A stretch of 64,000 nucleotides of DNA from a candidate division WOR-3 bacterium (GTDB lineage: Bacteria; Hydrothermota; Tepidihabitantia; Tepidihabitantales; Tepidihabitantaceae): positions 1 to 64,000 of the forward strand of contig CBFGJV010000004.1 of assembly GCA_965649205.1 (NCBI GenBank). The letters are read 5' to 3'. The number at the start of each line of letters is the position of its first letter. The first letter of the stretch is position 1. Below, in pieces: positions 28,939-38,104 of the stretch. Made by a program: the position numbers and the translations under genes. The notes under the pieces are model-generated. The model was not told the DNA's origin and searched no databases. It saw nothing but the letters and a program-made list of their open reading frames with translations.

Positions 28939-29931
28939 ATGGAACTTCTCGGCGCTCTTTTGCTTATCTTGGTCACCGGTTTCTATGCCGGCACAGAAAC
29001 AGCGCTGTACCGTGCCCATTGGGTACGTCTCGCTACCTGGCAAAAAAGTAAAATTTCCGGTTCGGGCCTAAGCTTGAAACTGCTCCACTGGCGCGACTCC
29101 AGCGTCATAGCAACGCTTGTGGGAACAAATCTGTCGAGTGTATTTGCGTCTATGTTGGTGTCCCGTTTCTGCGTCGAACATTTCGGTCCGGCCTATGCCG
29201 GTATCGGTGTAGCTGTACTAGTTGCTCTCACCCTCCTGTTTGGTGAGTATCTGCCCAAAGCCTATGCCAACGCCTGGCCCAATCGCTGGCTAAGAATCGC
29301 TGCTTGGCCTCTGGCCATTTCTCTGCTTCTGTTCAGTCCGGGTGTGATGTTGCTCCGGCTGATACTGGGACTCATCAGGGGCAGCCGACTCGTTTCTCGG
29401 CCTCGTCTGCTTCCTACTCGCCAGGAGTTCCTCTCCGCCTTACGCCAACGCGAATGCGATATCTCCAGCCAGTCCTCTAATAGTTCCTATCTGGTCAGTC
29501 GCCTGGCAGCACGTCTGTTTCGCTCTTCCGCCACCCGAGTCTCGGAAGTAGCCATACCCCTAAATCTGGTACGCTCCCTGCCTCACGATGCCAGCCGAGA
29601 AAACGCTTTGCGGCTAGTGCGAGAATACGGTTTCTCCCGCATTCCGGTCTATCGCCGAAATCGCGCCGACATTATCGGCGTAATTCTAGCCCGCGATTTA
29701 CTGGAATATGCACCCGCATCCCCAACCCAACTTTCTCCCCCCGCTGGGTTGCGCATCCGTAAGATCCAGCGGCTCGCTGCTGAGACCCGGATAATGGAGG
29801 CCATGGAAAGAATGCAACGCCGCGCCGAGCATATAGCCGCAGTCGTAAATTCTTCTGGCCGGGTAACGGGTATTGTCACTCTGGAAGACATTCTAGAAGA
29901 ACTGGTGGGAGAAATCAGAAGCGAAGACTGA
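28939..29931 (+). CDS. CNNM/CBS domain protein lacking the CorC C-terminal domain
   Basis: FYAGTETA, LVGTNL, FGEYLPK, FSRIPVY; ends GIVTLEDILEELVGEIRSED. Confidence 0.88.
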   Translation: MELLGALLLILVTGFYAGTETALYRAHWVRLATWQKSKISGSGLSLKLLHWRDSSVIATLVGTNLSSVFASMLVSRFCVEHFGPAYAGIGVAVLVALTLLFGEYLPKAYANAWPNRWLRIAAWPLAISLLLFSPGVMLLRLILGLIRGSRLVSRPRLLPTRQEFLSALRQRECDISSQSSNSSYLVSRLAARLFRSSATRVSEVAIPLNLVRSLPHDASRENALRLVREYGFSRIPVYRRNRADIIGVILARDLLEYAPASPTQLSPPAGLRIRKIQRLAAETRIMEAMERMQRRAEHIAAVVNSSGRVTGIVTLEDILEELVGEIRSED

Positions 29932-29942
29932 TTGGCACAGAG

Positions 29943-30752
29943 ATGCCACGTATTATCTGGACCGAAGCCATCTGCCTGGCAGCAGAACGCTACCGGGAAA
30001 CTTCCAAGCGGATCACAATGTTTTCTGCCGAAAGCGGTCTGCTGCACCTTATAGCGAAGGGTGCGCGGCGACCCAGAAACAAGTTCGGCGCAGCCTTGGA
30101 AAGGTTCTCCGCCTCCCGCATATCCTTCTACTGGCATGAACACAGGTCGGTGTACACGCTCTCTAGTGCAGAGTTCCTCTGCTCCTACTCCGGCCTTACC
30201 CTGTTGCCGAACCGCTATCTTGCTGCTGAACAGATTATCGAGTTTATCCTCCGTGTCGGACGACCACACGACCCGCGGTATGATCGCTCGCAAGAAACCA
30301 CACACAGACTCTACAAACTCACCCGGGCTTATCTCGCAGCAGTAGAACAGGCTGAGACAGGCTTTTCCCAGCTTGTTGCCTCGTTCATCCTCAAAGCTAC
30401 AAGCTTTCTGGGCTTTAGGCCAGAACTGGACAAATGTGTGCTTTGCCGCAGACAACCACAAGAACCGCTAGCTTGGTTTGATCTCCAGAGGGGTGGCATC
30501 GTCTGTCTCCGCTGCCTGCCCGCGGAAAATTCTTCCTCTTCCTCCCCCTGCTCTTCTACTTCGTCTGTGCGTGAAACGCAGCCCAGATATCCGCTCCAAC
30601 AGCAAGAACGACAAACGTTGATTACGCTTCTGAAACAGAAAGCGTCCGAACTAAAAACCACCGGCCCTGAACTGCTACCACTTGTTCTCGCCTATGCCTC
30701 CTGGCATCTCGATTCCCTTACCCTCTACTCCTTCCGCTGGCAGAAACTATGA
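29943..30752 (+). CDS. recO: DNA repair protein RecO
   Basis: YRETSKRIT..., IAKGARRP, GFRPELDKCVLC...GGIVCLRC zinc finger; position in the phoH-ybeY operon. Confidence 0.85.
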   Translation: MPRIIWTEAICLAAERYRETSKRITMFSAESGLLHLIAKGARRPRNKFGAALERFSASRISFYWHEHRSVYTLSSAEFLCSYSGLTLLPNRYLAAEQIIEFILRVGRPHDPRYDRSQETTHRLYKLTRAYLAAVEQAETGFSQLVASFILKATSFLGFRPELDKCVLCRRQPQEPLAWFDLQRGGIVCLRCLPAENSSSSSPCSSTSSVRETQPRYPLQQQERQTLITLLKQKASELKTTGPELLPLVLAYASWHLDSLTLYSFRWQKL

Positions 30753-30817
30753 CCCTACGACGCTTCTGGTACACAACCTTGACCGAAATCTGCCTTTGTC
30801 TAACATAACCGCTTCTG

Positions 30818-31858
30818 ATGACAGACGACAAACACAATACGACTACCGGCTCCGTGCCAGCTTTGGAAGTTGTCTCGGTGGTAAAAAACTTCCGTCGCGG
30901 CCGGGGGCTGAAGAAAAAGATTATCCGGGCGGTCGACGACGCAAACCTGACTCTAGCTCCTGGCGAACTGTTCGGTCTCTTAGGACCTAACGGTGCCGGA
31001 AAAACCACCCTGGTCCGTTGCATCGCCACCCTGCTTATACCGGACGCCGGCAGCATAAGGGTATTTGGTCACGACGCCTTCCGGGATTCTCTTTATTGCC
31101 GCCGGCGCATAGGACTTCTCACCTCGGGTGAACGGACCTTGTATTGGAAACTTTCGGCCCGGGACAACCTGAATTTCTTTGCCGCCCTCTACGGCCTCTC
31201 CGGCAAGGAACGGGACAAACGGATAGACTATCTTCTCGAACTGATGGACCTCAAGGACGTGGCTCGCGAAAGGGTAGAACGATACTCTTCGGGAATGAAA
31301 CAGAAGGTCTCTCTGGCACGCGCCATACTCCACGATCCGGACCTGATACTTCTGGACGAGCCTTCTCTCGGTCTTGACCCGCAGTTTGCCCGTTTCATCC
31401 GACAGTTCATCAAGGAAGAACTGAATCAACGCCAAGGCAAGACCATTCTTCTCACCACCCATTACATGGACGAAGCAGACGAGCTATGCAACCGTATAGC
31501 CTTTATCAGCCGGGGACGTATTGTGGACTGCAAAACACCAGAGCAGTACAAACGGGACATCCCGCATACCGAAGTGCTGGAAGTGCGTTGTCAGGGACAG
31601 CCAATCATAACCGACCTAGAAAAGTTATCTGGTGTCGAAAGATTCACCTCAGAATTCCGCGATGGGACTACTGTACTCCGACTGGTAACCCCCCGGGCTG
31701 AAAACGTACTTTCAGATGTCATCGAGCTCCTTCGCCCTCAGGCAAAAATTCTCAGCATTGACGTCAAACAGCCTACTCTAGAAGACGTATTTCTCTACGT
31801 CACTGGTACCTCTTTAGCCGCAGATACAACCGAGAACCGGCCAGAAACGACAAATTAG
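30818..31858 (+). CDS. ABC transporter ATP-binding protein (ABC-2/DrrA-like)
   Basis: GPNGAGKTT, YSSGMKQK, LLDEP, LTTHYMDEA, PTLEDVF. Confidence 0.93.
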   Translation: MTDDKHNTTTGSVPALEVVSVVKNFRRGRGLKKKIIRAVDDANLTLAPGELFGLLGPNGAGKTTLVRCIATLLIPDAGSIRVFGHDAFRDSLYCRRRIGLLTSGERTLYWKLSARDNLNFFAALYGLSGKERDKRIDYLLELMDLKDVARERVERYSSGMKQKVSLARAILHDPDLILLDEPSLGLDPQFARFIRQFIKEELNQRQGKTILLTTHYMDEADELCNRIAFISRGRIVDCKTPEQYKRDIPHTEVLEVRCQGQPIITDLEKLSGVERFTSEFRDGTTVLRLVTPRAENVLSDVIELLRPQAKILSIDVKQPTLEDVFLYVTGTSLAADTTENRPETTN

Positions 31859-31859
31859 T

Positions 31860-32687
31860 ATGAGCCTTGCTGCCACTACTCACGTTATCCGCGCTGAAAT
31901 AGCCAAGACTTTTCGTATATGGCTTTCCTATCCCATAATGGTTGCCTTCTGGGCTGTATTTCCTTTGTTATGGGTAATGCCCTATGTATTCCAAGGCAAA
32001 GCGCTGGTCGGCTCGTTGCACTCGCCTGCCTTCGAACAACTCACCGGCTCTGGCAATTACCTGGCTTTTGTGCTCATCGGTGCCATGGTCTCTACCTTTA
32101 TTTTCTCGGGCCTGTGGGGAGTAGGTAACGCTCTGCGCGAAGAAACCTACTGGGGAACAATGGAATACATCATCGCCTCCCCTACTCCTCCTCTTGTCAT
32201 CCTGGTAGGCAAAACCCTGGCTGAATGGATGCTTTCTACAGTCATGGTTATATTCCAGGCTTTGATTATCGGCCTTTTCTTCGGAATCAGTTTCACTTTG
32301 GCCAAAGTTTTGCCCGTACTGCTGCTTCTTGTACTGCTGATGATCGGATTCTACGGCTTTGCCATCGCTTTTGCCGGCCTCACCCTGCTCATAAAGGAAG
32401 TACATGGCTACGTCCACACGCTGGAATGGGTATTTTTCCTCTTTTCTCCCATTCGCTACCCGGTGCAGGTGCACCCAATAACTCAACTGGTAAGTACCCT
32501 TATCCCTCTGACTTGGGCGCTGGTGGCCATACGTAGCATTATGCTCACCAACCAAAGACTGACCGACCTGTGGCGCACTGTGGGCATACTTAGCCTTATG
32601 GACGTTGTACTCATTGTGGGGGGCTACTTCACTTTCGTCTGGTTGGAACGTAAGACCCGGCGGGACGGAACAGTAGCTATGCACTGA
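31860..32687 (+). CDS. ABC-2 type permease
   Basis: About six TM segments; REETYWGTMEYIIASP; FSPIRYP. Confidence 0.87.
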   Translation: MSLAATTHVIRAEIAKTFRIWLSYPIMVAFWAVFPLLWVMPYVFQGKALVGSLHSPAFEQLTGSGNYLAFVLIGAMVSTFIFSGLWGVGNALREETYWGTMEYIIASPTPPLVILVGKTLAEWMLSTVMVIFQALIIGLFFGISFTLAKVLPVLLLLVLLMIGFYGFAIAFAGLTLLIKEVHGYVHTLEWVFFLFSPIRYPVQVHPITQLVSTLIPLTWALVAIRSIMLTNQRLTDLWRTVGILSLMDVVLIVGGYFTFVWLERKTRRDGTVAMH

Positions 32688-32689
32688 TA

Positions 32690-33577
32690 ATGTCTGTTGT
32701 TCCTAACCTAAGCCGCAGGTTTCGTATTCGCCTCGACTCTTTCTGGTCACGAGTCAAGCACTATGCACGGGCTGTATGGGCCGAGAATATCAAAGAATGG
32801 AAATTGGAACTCACCTATAAAGCTGACTTCGCCCGCACCCTCATAGACCCGGTCATCTACCTGCTTCCCTATCTTCTCTACGGGCTTGCCCTGGTGGGGG
32901 GACGTCAGTCGCCCGCGCTGGAAAAGCTAACCGGGACATCCGACGTGGTCGCATTTGTAACCTTGGGCTACATCTTCATCGGGTTTTTGAACATGGCTCT
33001 CTGGGCTATGGGATTCTCCTTGCGCAAAGAGCAATTCTACGGTACTTTGGAATCTGTGTTTGCTGCGCCGGTACCTCGCTGGGTATTTACGCTGGGAATG
33101 TCATTACATTCCATCCTGCATCAAATTTTAATGATAGCCGTACAGATTCTTTTCATCGTCGCTGTTTTCTCTCTGTCAGTAAATCCCCTGGGCATCCTGC
33201 CGTCACTTGCCGTGATAGGTCTTATGCTTATCGCCCTCTACGGCATCGGTATGATAATGGCATCCACCACACTCATCTTCAAACAGGGCTGGTTGGTGTC
33301 CGAAGCATTGGGCAGCATCCTTATGGTCGTTACTCCTATAGCCTACCCCTTGGCCGTACTCCCCCTGTTTCTGCAAAAACTGGCCCTGGCCGTTCCTACA
33401 ACTTACGGCATCATCGCAGCACGACACCTCCTTTTAGGTGAACAAATGGACTTCTCTCTTGCAACTGCTTTTATCCGACTTACAGTTCTCTGTATTATCT
33501 GGGTTGGCTTTGGCCTCGCTATCTTCGGTCTCATTGATCGGTACACCAGAAAAAGTGGCACGCTTGGACACTACTGA
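32690..33577 (+). CDS. ABC-2 type permease
   Basis: About six TM segments; RKEQFYGTLESVFAAP; paralogue of the upstream permease. Confidence 0.87.
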   Translation: MSVVPNLSRRFRIRLDSFWSRVKHYARAVWAENIKEWKLELTYKADFARTLIDPVIYLLPYLLYGLALVGGRQSPALEKLTGTSDVVAFVTLGYIFIGFLNMALWAMGFSLRKEQFYGTLESVFAAPVPRWVFTLGMSLHSILHQILMIAVQILFIVAVFSLSVNPLGILPSLAVIGLMLIALYGIGMIMASTTLIFKQGWLVSEALGSILMVVTPIAYPLAVLPLFLQKLALAVPTTYGIIAARHLLLGEQMDFSLATAFIRLTVLCIIWVGFGLAIFGLIDRYTRKSGTLGHY

Positions 33578-33626
33578 AACCAACTGCCCCTCGCCCTGCC
33601 GGGAATTCGCTGACCCCTCGGCAAGT

Positions 33627-34649
33627 ATGCCTAGACGTCAAATCGCTCCTCCACCTATACCTATTGGCATCACAATGGGCGATCCGGCCGGCATCGGTCC
33701 GGAAGTAATACTCAAGGCCCTCTCCTCTCCGCCTCCTAATTTCCCTCTCCTGCCCGCCACATGCAGAATAATTGGCAGCCGCAAGGTATTTGAACTGGAA
33801 CAGAAACGTCTGAAAACCAAAATAGATCTCTCTTTGGTTGATGATACAGTTCATATCCCGGGCTCTTGGAAAATAGGCAAAGTACAGAAGAAGTGCGGCC
33901 TGGCGGCCCTTGCCGCTTTGGAAAAAGGCATAGAGCTGCTGCAAGAAGGAAAGATCAGGGCACTTGTGACTGGCCCGGTATCCAAAGAATCCCTGCGCCT
34001 AGCCGGTTTTGTTTGTCCGGGGCAGACCGAATTCCTCGCCCGTAAGTTAAAAGCCAAACATTATGCTATGCTCGCCTGGTCCCCCAGATGCAAAATTGTC
34101 TTCGTCACTACTCATTTGCCCCTAAAGCGTATTTCCTCCTACATTACAGCTCACGCCGTATACCGGCATACAGCTCTGCTCCACAGATTCCTGCTCTGGG
34201 AAAACATACTATTCCCTCCTAACCCTAGCAAAACTTCCGGCGCACTTCCCCGGATCTGCATCCTGGCTCTTAATCCTCATGCCACCGAATTCAGCTGCGG
34301 CGAAGAAAAGCGTATAGCTCGAGGCGTACTCTTGGCAAAAAAATCTGGAATAAACGCCTTTGGCCCAGTTCCGGCCGATGCGGCATTTTCCACACTCGCT
34401 AACCCTGCATATGAGGCAGATGGTTTTGTTGCAATGTACCACGACCAGGGAATGATTCCGGCCAAACTGCTTGCTCAGGACGCAGGGGTCAATGTCACCC
34501 TAGGCCTGCCGTTTGTTCGCACCTCCCCCTTGCACGGTACGGCCTTCGATATAGCCGGCAAGGGAATCGCCCGGGCCGGCTCGATGCTCTCGGCTATCCG
34601 ACTTGCCGCCCGACTTTCTCTTTTGGAAGAGCCTTACCGCAAAAAATAG
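33627..34649 (+). CDS. pdxA: 4-hydroxythreonine-4-phosphate dehydrogenase PdxA family
   Basis: ITMGDPAGIGPE, VTTHLPL, LNPHA, AMYHDQG, NVTLGLPFVRTSPLHGTAFDIAGKG; ATG 33627. Confidence 0.9.
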   Translation: MPRRQIAPPPIPIGITMGDPAGIGPEVILKALSSPPPNFPLLPATCRIIGSRKVFELEQKRLKTKIDLSLVDDTVHIPGSWKIGKVQKKCGLAALAALEKGIELLQEGKIRALVTGPVSKESLRLAGFVCPGQTEFLARKLKAKHYAMLAWSPRCKIVFVTTHLPLKRISSYITAHAVYRHTALLHRFLLWENILFPPNPSKTSGALPRICILALNPHATEFSCGEEKRIARGVLLAKKSGINAFGPVPADAAFSTLANPAYEADGFVAMYHDQGMIPAKLLAQDAGVNVTLGLPFVRTSPLHGTAFDIAGKGIARAGSMLSAIRLAARLSLLEEPYRKK

Positions 34650-34680
34650 CAGGCCGGCCGCTTCCGGGCCGACCTGTTTT
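34650..34680 (+). terminator. intrinsic terminator after pdxA
   Basis: CAGGCCGGCC/GGCCGACCTG stem (one mismatch) followed by TTTT. Confidence 0.55.
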
Positions 34681-34795
34681 GTGGGGTTCTCTCTCAGCCA
34701 CCCCGAAAACTGAAGAAAGATTACACTTCTGCCCCTGTCTGTCAAGCCAGCAAACAGTAGAACTGATAAACAGGAACACGCCTACCCGGAAACAG

Positions 34796-34826
34796 AAAAC
34801 GGAGCGGCTCCAAACGGAGCCGCTCC
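34796..34826 (-). terminator. intrinsic terminator after the C1 peptidase gene
   Basis: 11-bp stem GGAGCGGCTCC/GGAGCCGCTCC followed by GTTTT on the minus strand. Confidence 0.7.
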
Positions 34827-34851
34827 CTATACTGCAAAGTAGTGACAGAAC

Positions 34852-37335
34852 CTATTCAATCAAAACCTTGCGAGTTATCTCCCCTGCTCCGTAATTGAAC
34901 CTCAGGAAATAGACCCCAGAGGCCAAACCTCGTTCCGCGGAGCGCAACTGACAAATGTAGCGGCCGGCTGGCTGCAGCCCTTCTGCCAGAGTAGCTCTGG
35001 GCATGCCTGCAGCATCATACAGCCTCAACTCCACATGCGCTTCCCGAGCCAAACCATAGCTGACAGTGCCAGTGCCCACCACAGGATTGGGAGACACATC
35101 TACGTAAGCCGTGCTTATCTCTCTAGAGATAGGATTGGCCGTACCAGTCTTGGTGACAACAACAGAACCTGTCGCTTTATCGTTCGCCGGCACCATATCA
35201 CCTGCCAGCTCTGTAGAACAGGTCACCGTGAAGGTACCCAGAGTCGAAGCGGTCCATTTGGCAAAGGTTACGTAAACGGCAGTGCCGGGCGCGTGCGTTA
35301 CAGTAGCTGTCTTATTGTAGCTGGTGCCTATTTTCATCCGCACCTTGTAAGTAACAGTCGTGGAGCCGTAGTTGAAAAGTGAGCAAGCAGGAGTTACGCC
35401 GACCTTCTGTTTTACCGTGCCCGTGGGTGCCACTATTTTCGTACAGGCCACATCTGTCGCTGTGACAGTTACTGTACCCGTCGCTTTGTCATTAGTCAGG
35501 TTGACATCACCCGCAAGCTCTGTGGAACAGACAACTGCGTAAGCACCAGTGGCTCCCGCAGTCCAGGTCGGGAAGCTTACTGTCTGCGTAGCACCAGCAG
35601 CAAGATTCGTAACTGTCACTACCTGATTGTAGTCAGAACCGATCTTCATCCGCACCGGGAAGGTCGCCGAACTGGTCCCGTAATTCCTCACCTCGCACGA
35701 AGGCGTCACCACTGCGCCCAAGTTCACCGTCCCTGTTGGAGCAACAATTCTCACCGCTCCTGCATCGACTATCTGAGTCACTACGGTTACCGAACCCGTC
35801 GCCTTATCATTTCCCGGATTGACATCACCCGTAAGCTCTGTGGAACAGACAACTGCGTAAGTGCCAGTGGCTCCCGCAGTCCAGGCCGGGAAGCTTACTG
35901 TCTGCGTAGCACCAGCAGCAAGATTCGTAACTGTCACCACCTGATTGTAGTCAGAACCGATCTTCATCCGTACCGGGAAGGTCGCCGAACTGGTCCCGTA
36001 ATTCTTCACCTCGCACGAAGGCGTCACCACTGCGCCCAAATCCACAGTACCCGCCGGAGCCGCAATGCTTACCACGCCCACGTCATTACCTGCTGCCAGA
36101 CGAGCGCGTGCGAACACAGCCACATTGTAATCCGGGATAGCCACAGGTGTTTCAAAAGAAACCCCTGTTACCGCCCAAGGTTTGTATTCGGCAGCAAAGT
36201 AAGTTATGGTCCCGGTCTTACCATCAGACTTGTTATCTAGACACCGCACGAATACGGAATCGGTGCTGCCGTTGGCGATATAACTGGCACCCTCTGTCAT
36301 ATCCAGCACTATGTTATTATCCGGAAAAGCATAATCTACGCTCGGTGTAACTCGGGGTAGAAAATCCTTCTGCCACAAGGGAGATACCGAACGGCCTACC
36401 CCCAGACGTATCTGTACTCTTTCGCGTGCCGGATGCGTCACCCGTACTTTCCCCACCAGCGTAGGCTGATAGCCGATTCGATCAGTAATGTAGAGAGCCT
36501 GACGGTGAGACAGGGTCGGGTTCATAACTGCCTGATACGACATCCACCAGTAACCTTTGTTCCCCCAGCTTGTGCCCCAGGAATTCACCAACCGAAAAGC
36601 TCCAACTCCATCACGAGTTACTTTGGAATCGTCGTAACCCACAATGGTTACTCCGTGGCCGCCGCGGTTGGTGCCGTAGATATCGGCAACGCAATACACT
36701 GTGTCGAAGTTGTTGATGTAATCAAAATTCGAGTAGACATTTATGCCCAGCACCAGGGTATAACCAACGTCCAACCTTGCTTTCACCTGTTTCAGACCGT
36801 TAGTGTCAGAACAGTTTATGTAATATGCGGCCGCGCCCCGGAAGGGAATAGCATTAGTCCAAGCCGCCTCCGAAGGCCAGTTGGTGTAATTGTATTGGTT
36901 GTAGGGCATATCGGCCATAGTGGCAAGACCAATGTTCACCAGCAGATTGGCGGCGTCACTGAAATATGCTCCCGCATCTTGACCACCGTTTATCAGGTTG
37001 TACATAAAAGCCGGGCTCATCTGATTTGTGGTCTTGGTCTGGTCCCACTGCCGCTCCACCCACTCTGTATGCCCCTTGTGGTAGTAACCGACAGACCAGG
37101 CCACGCAGGAACCCTGCGCTCCCTGATTACCCACAGGCGGCATCTGGGAAGACAAATCCACCCGACCCAGAGGCACATACGATGACCCGCCGTCAATGAC
37201 CGAACGATCCTCGCTGATGAAAGGCACTTTGCTCAGGTCTTCAAACAGAAGACCGCCTGCTCGGTGCAATGTTTCCTCAGACATACCGAGCGAGACGGCT
37301 AGCAGTAGAGCCATGCAGACTTGTACGTACTTCAT
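34852..37335 (-). CDS. secreted papain-like (C1) cysteine peptidase with three CARDB-like repeats and T9SS-like C-terminus
   Basis: QGAQGSCVAW, GGHGVTIVGYDD, NSWGTSWG; three V.NYG...GD.N..ND Ig-like repeats; SPNP...LASGVYF tail; AAGGAG RBS. Confidence 0.9.
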   Translation of the reverse strand: MKYVQVCMALLLAVSLGMSEETLHRAGGLLFEDLSKVPFISEDRSVIDGGSSYVPLGRVDLSSQMPPVGNQGAQGSCVAWSVGYYHKGHTEWVERQWDQTKTTNQMSPAFMYNLINGGQDAGAYFSDAANLLVNIGLATMADMPYNQYNYTNWPSEAAWTNAIPFRGAAAYYINCSDTNGLKQVKARLDVGYTLVLGINVYSNFDYINNFDTVYCVADIYGTNRGGHGVTIVGYDDSKVTRDGVGAFRLVNSWGTSWGNKGYWWMSYQAVMNPTLSHRQALYITDRIGYQPTLVGKVRVTHPARERVQIRLGVGRSVSPLWQKDFLPRVTPSVDYAFPDNNIVLDMTEGASYIANGSTDSVFVRCLDNKSDGKTGTITYFAAEYKPWAVTGVSFETPVAIPDYNVAVFARARLAAGNDVGVVSIAAPAGTVDLGAVVTPSCEVKNYGTSSATFPVRMKIGSDYNQVVTVTNLAAGATQTVSFPAWTAGATGTYAVVCSTELTGDVNPGNDKATGSVTVVTQIVDAGAVRIVAPTGTVNLGAVVTPSCEVRNYGTSSATFPVRMKIGSDYNQVVTVTNLAAGATQTVSFPTWTAGATGAYAVVCSTELAGDVNLTNDKATGTVTVTATDVACTKIVAPTGTVKQKVGVTPACSLFNYGSTTVTYKVRMKIGTSYNKTATVTHAPGTAVYVTFAKWTASTLGTFTVTCSTELAGDMVPANDKATGSVVVTKTGTANPISREISTAYVDVSPNPVVGTGTVSYGLAREAHVELRLYDAAGMPRATLAEGLQPAGRYICQLRSAERGLASGVYFLRFNYGAGEITRKVLIE
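35501..36039. repeat. near-identical intragenic direct repeat (~220 nt, offset 318 nt)
   Basis: 35501-35721 matches 35819-36039 with few substitutions; encodes two CARDB-like domains. Confidence 0.85.
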
Positions 37336-37399
37336 GGTTCACTCCTTATTTTTAGATGTAACCTAACCTGTCGCTTGCGACGGCTGCTACGGCAACGGC

Positions 37400-37488
37400 A
37401 AAAAAATAGCCGTCTGTTTGCCGCGGCGTCACCGCCTTGCAAACCCGACAGCCATAATTATGGTAAGAAACTCCTGAGATTATGTCAA
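37400..37488 (-). promoter_or_regulatory. promoter plus 5' leader hairpin with U7 tail upstream of the C1 peptidase
   Basis: TTGACA-17-TACCAT, then nested stems TGGCTGTC/GACGGCTA, GTTTGC/GCAAAC, GGCG/CGCC, then TTTTTTT. Confidence 0.55.
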
Positions 37489-37597
37489 GAAAGAAAGCGT
37501 GGTATTACACCAAATCTCTACGACTGTCGAACTCCCAGAGCAATGGCCGAAACTCGCAAATTGACAACCGCTGGTGGAAAACTATGCTGCAAGTAAT

Positions 37598-38101
37598 ATG
37601 AAACAGAAACCGCCCACCTATCCCGTGCCTATGCGAGAAGTGGAGCGAGCAATCTTGGAGATACGTGGACAAAGGGTAATACTTGACGCCGACCTGGCTG
37701 TGCTCTATGGCACTACCACCAAGAGACTAAATGAACAAGTACGTCGCAACCGCCAAAGATTTCCCGTTGACTTTGTGTTTCAGCTCACCCCGGAAGAGAA
37801 AACCCAGGTGGTCGCAAATTGCGACCACCTCAGCAGGTTGAAATATTCACCAAGTCTTCCCTATGCTTTTACCGAACATGGAGCCGTAATGGCCGCATCT
37901 GTTCTGAACACAACTCGGGCTGTCGAGGTGAGTGTCTTTGTGGTGCGGGCATTCGTGCGTATGCAGCGCATGTTGCCGAAATACAGAGAGCTGGCCTTGC
38001 GGCTTGCCGAGCTGGAGCAACGGGTCTCACGTCAAGATGCGCGAGTCGCGGCGTTGTTTGATGCTATGCGGCATCTGCTGCGGCTGCCAGCAAAACAGTA
38101 A
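37598..38101 (+). CDS. ORF6N domain DNA-binding protein
   Basis: IRGQRVILDADLAVLYG, LNEQVRRNRQRFP.DF.FQLT, PYAFTEHG. Confidence 0.9.
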   Translation: MKQKPPTYPVPMREVERAILEIRGQRVILDADLAVLYGTTTKRLNEQVRRNRQRFPVDFVFQLTPEEKTQVVANCDHLSRLKYSPSLPYAFTEHGAVMAASVLNTTRAVEVSVFVVRAFVRMQRMLPKYRELALRLAELEQRVSRQDARVAALFDAMRHLLRLPAKQ

Positions 38102-38104
38102 GTT

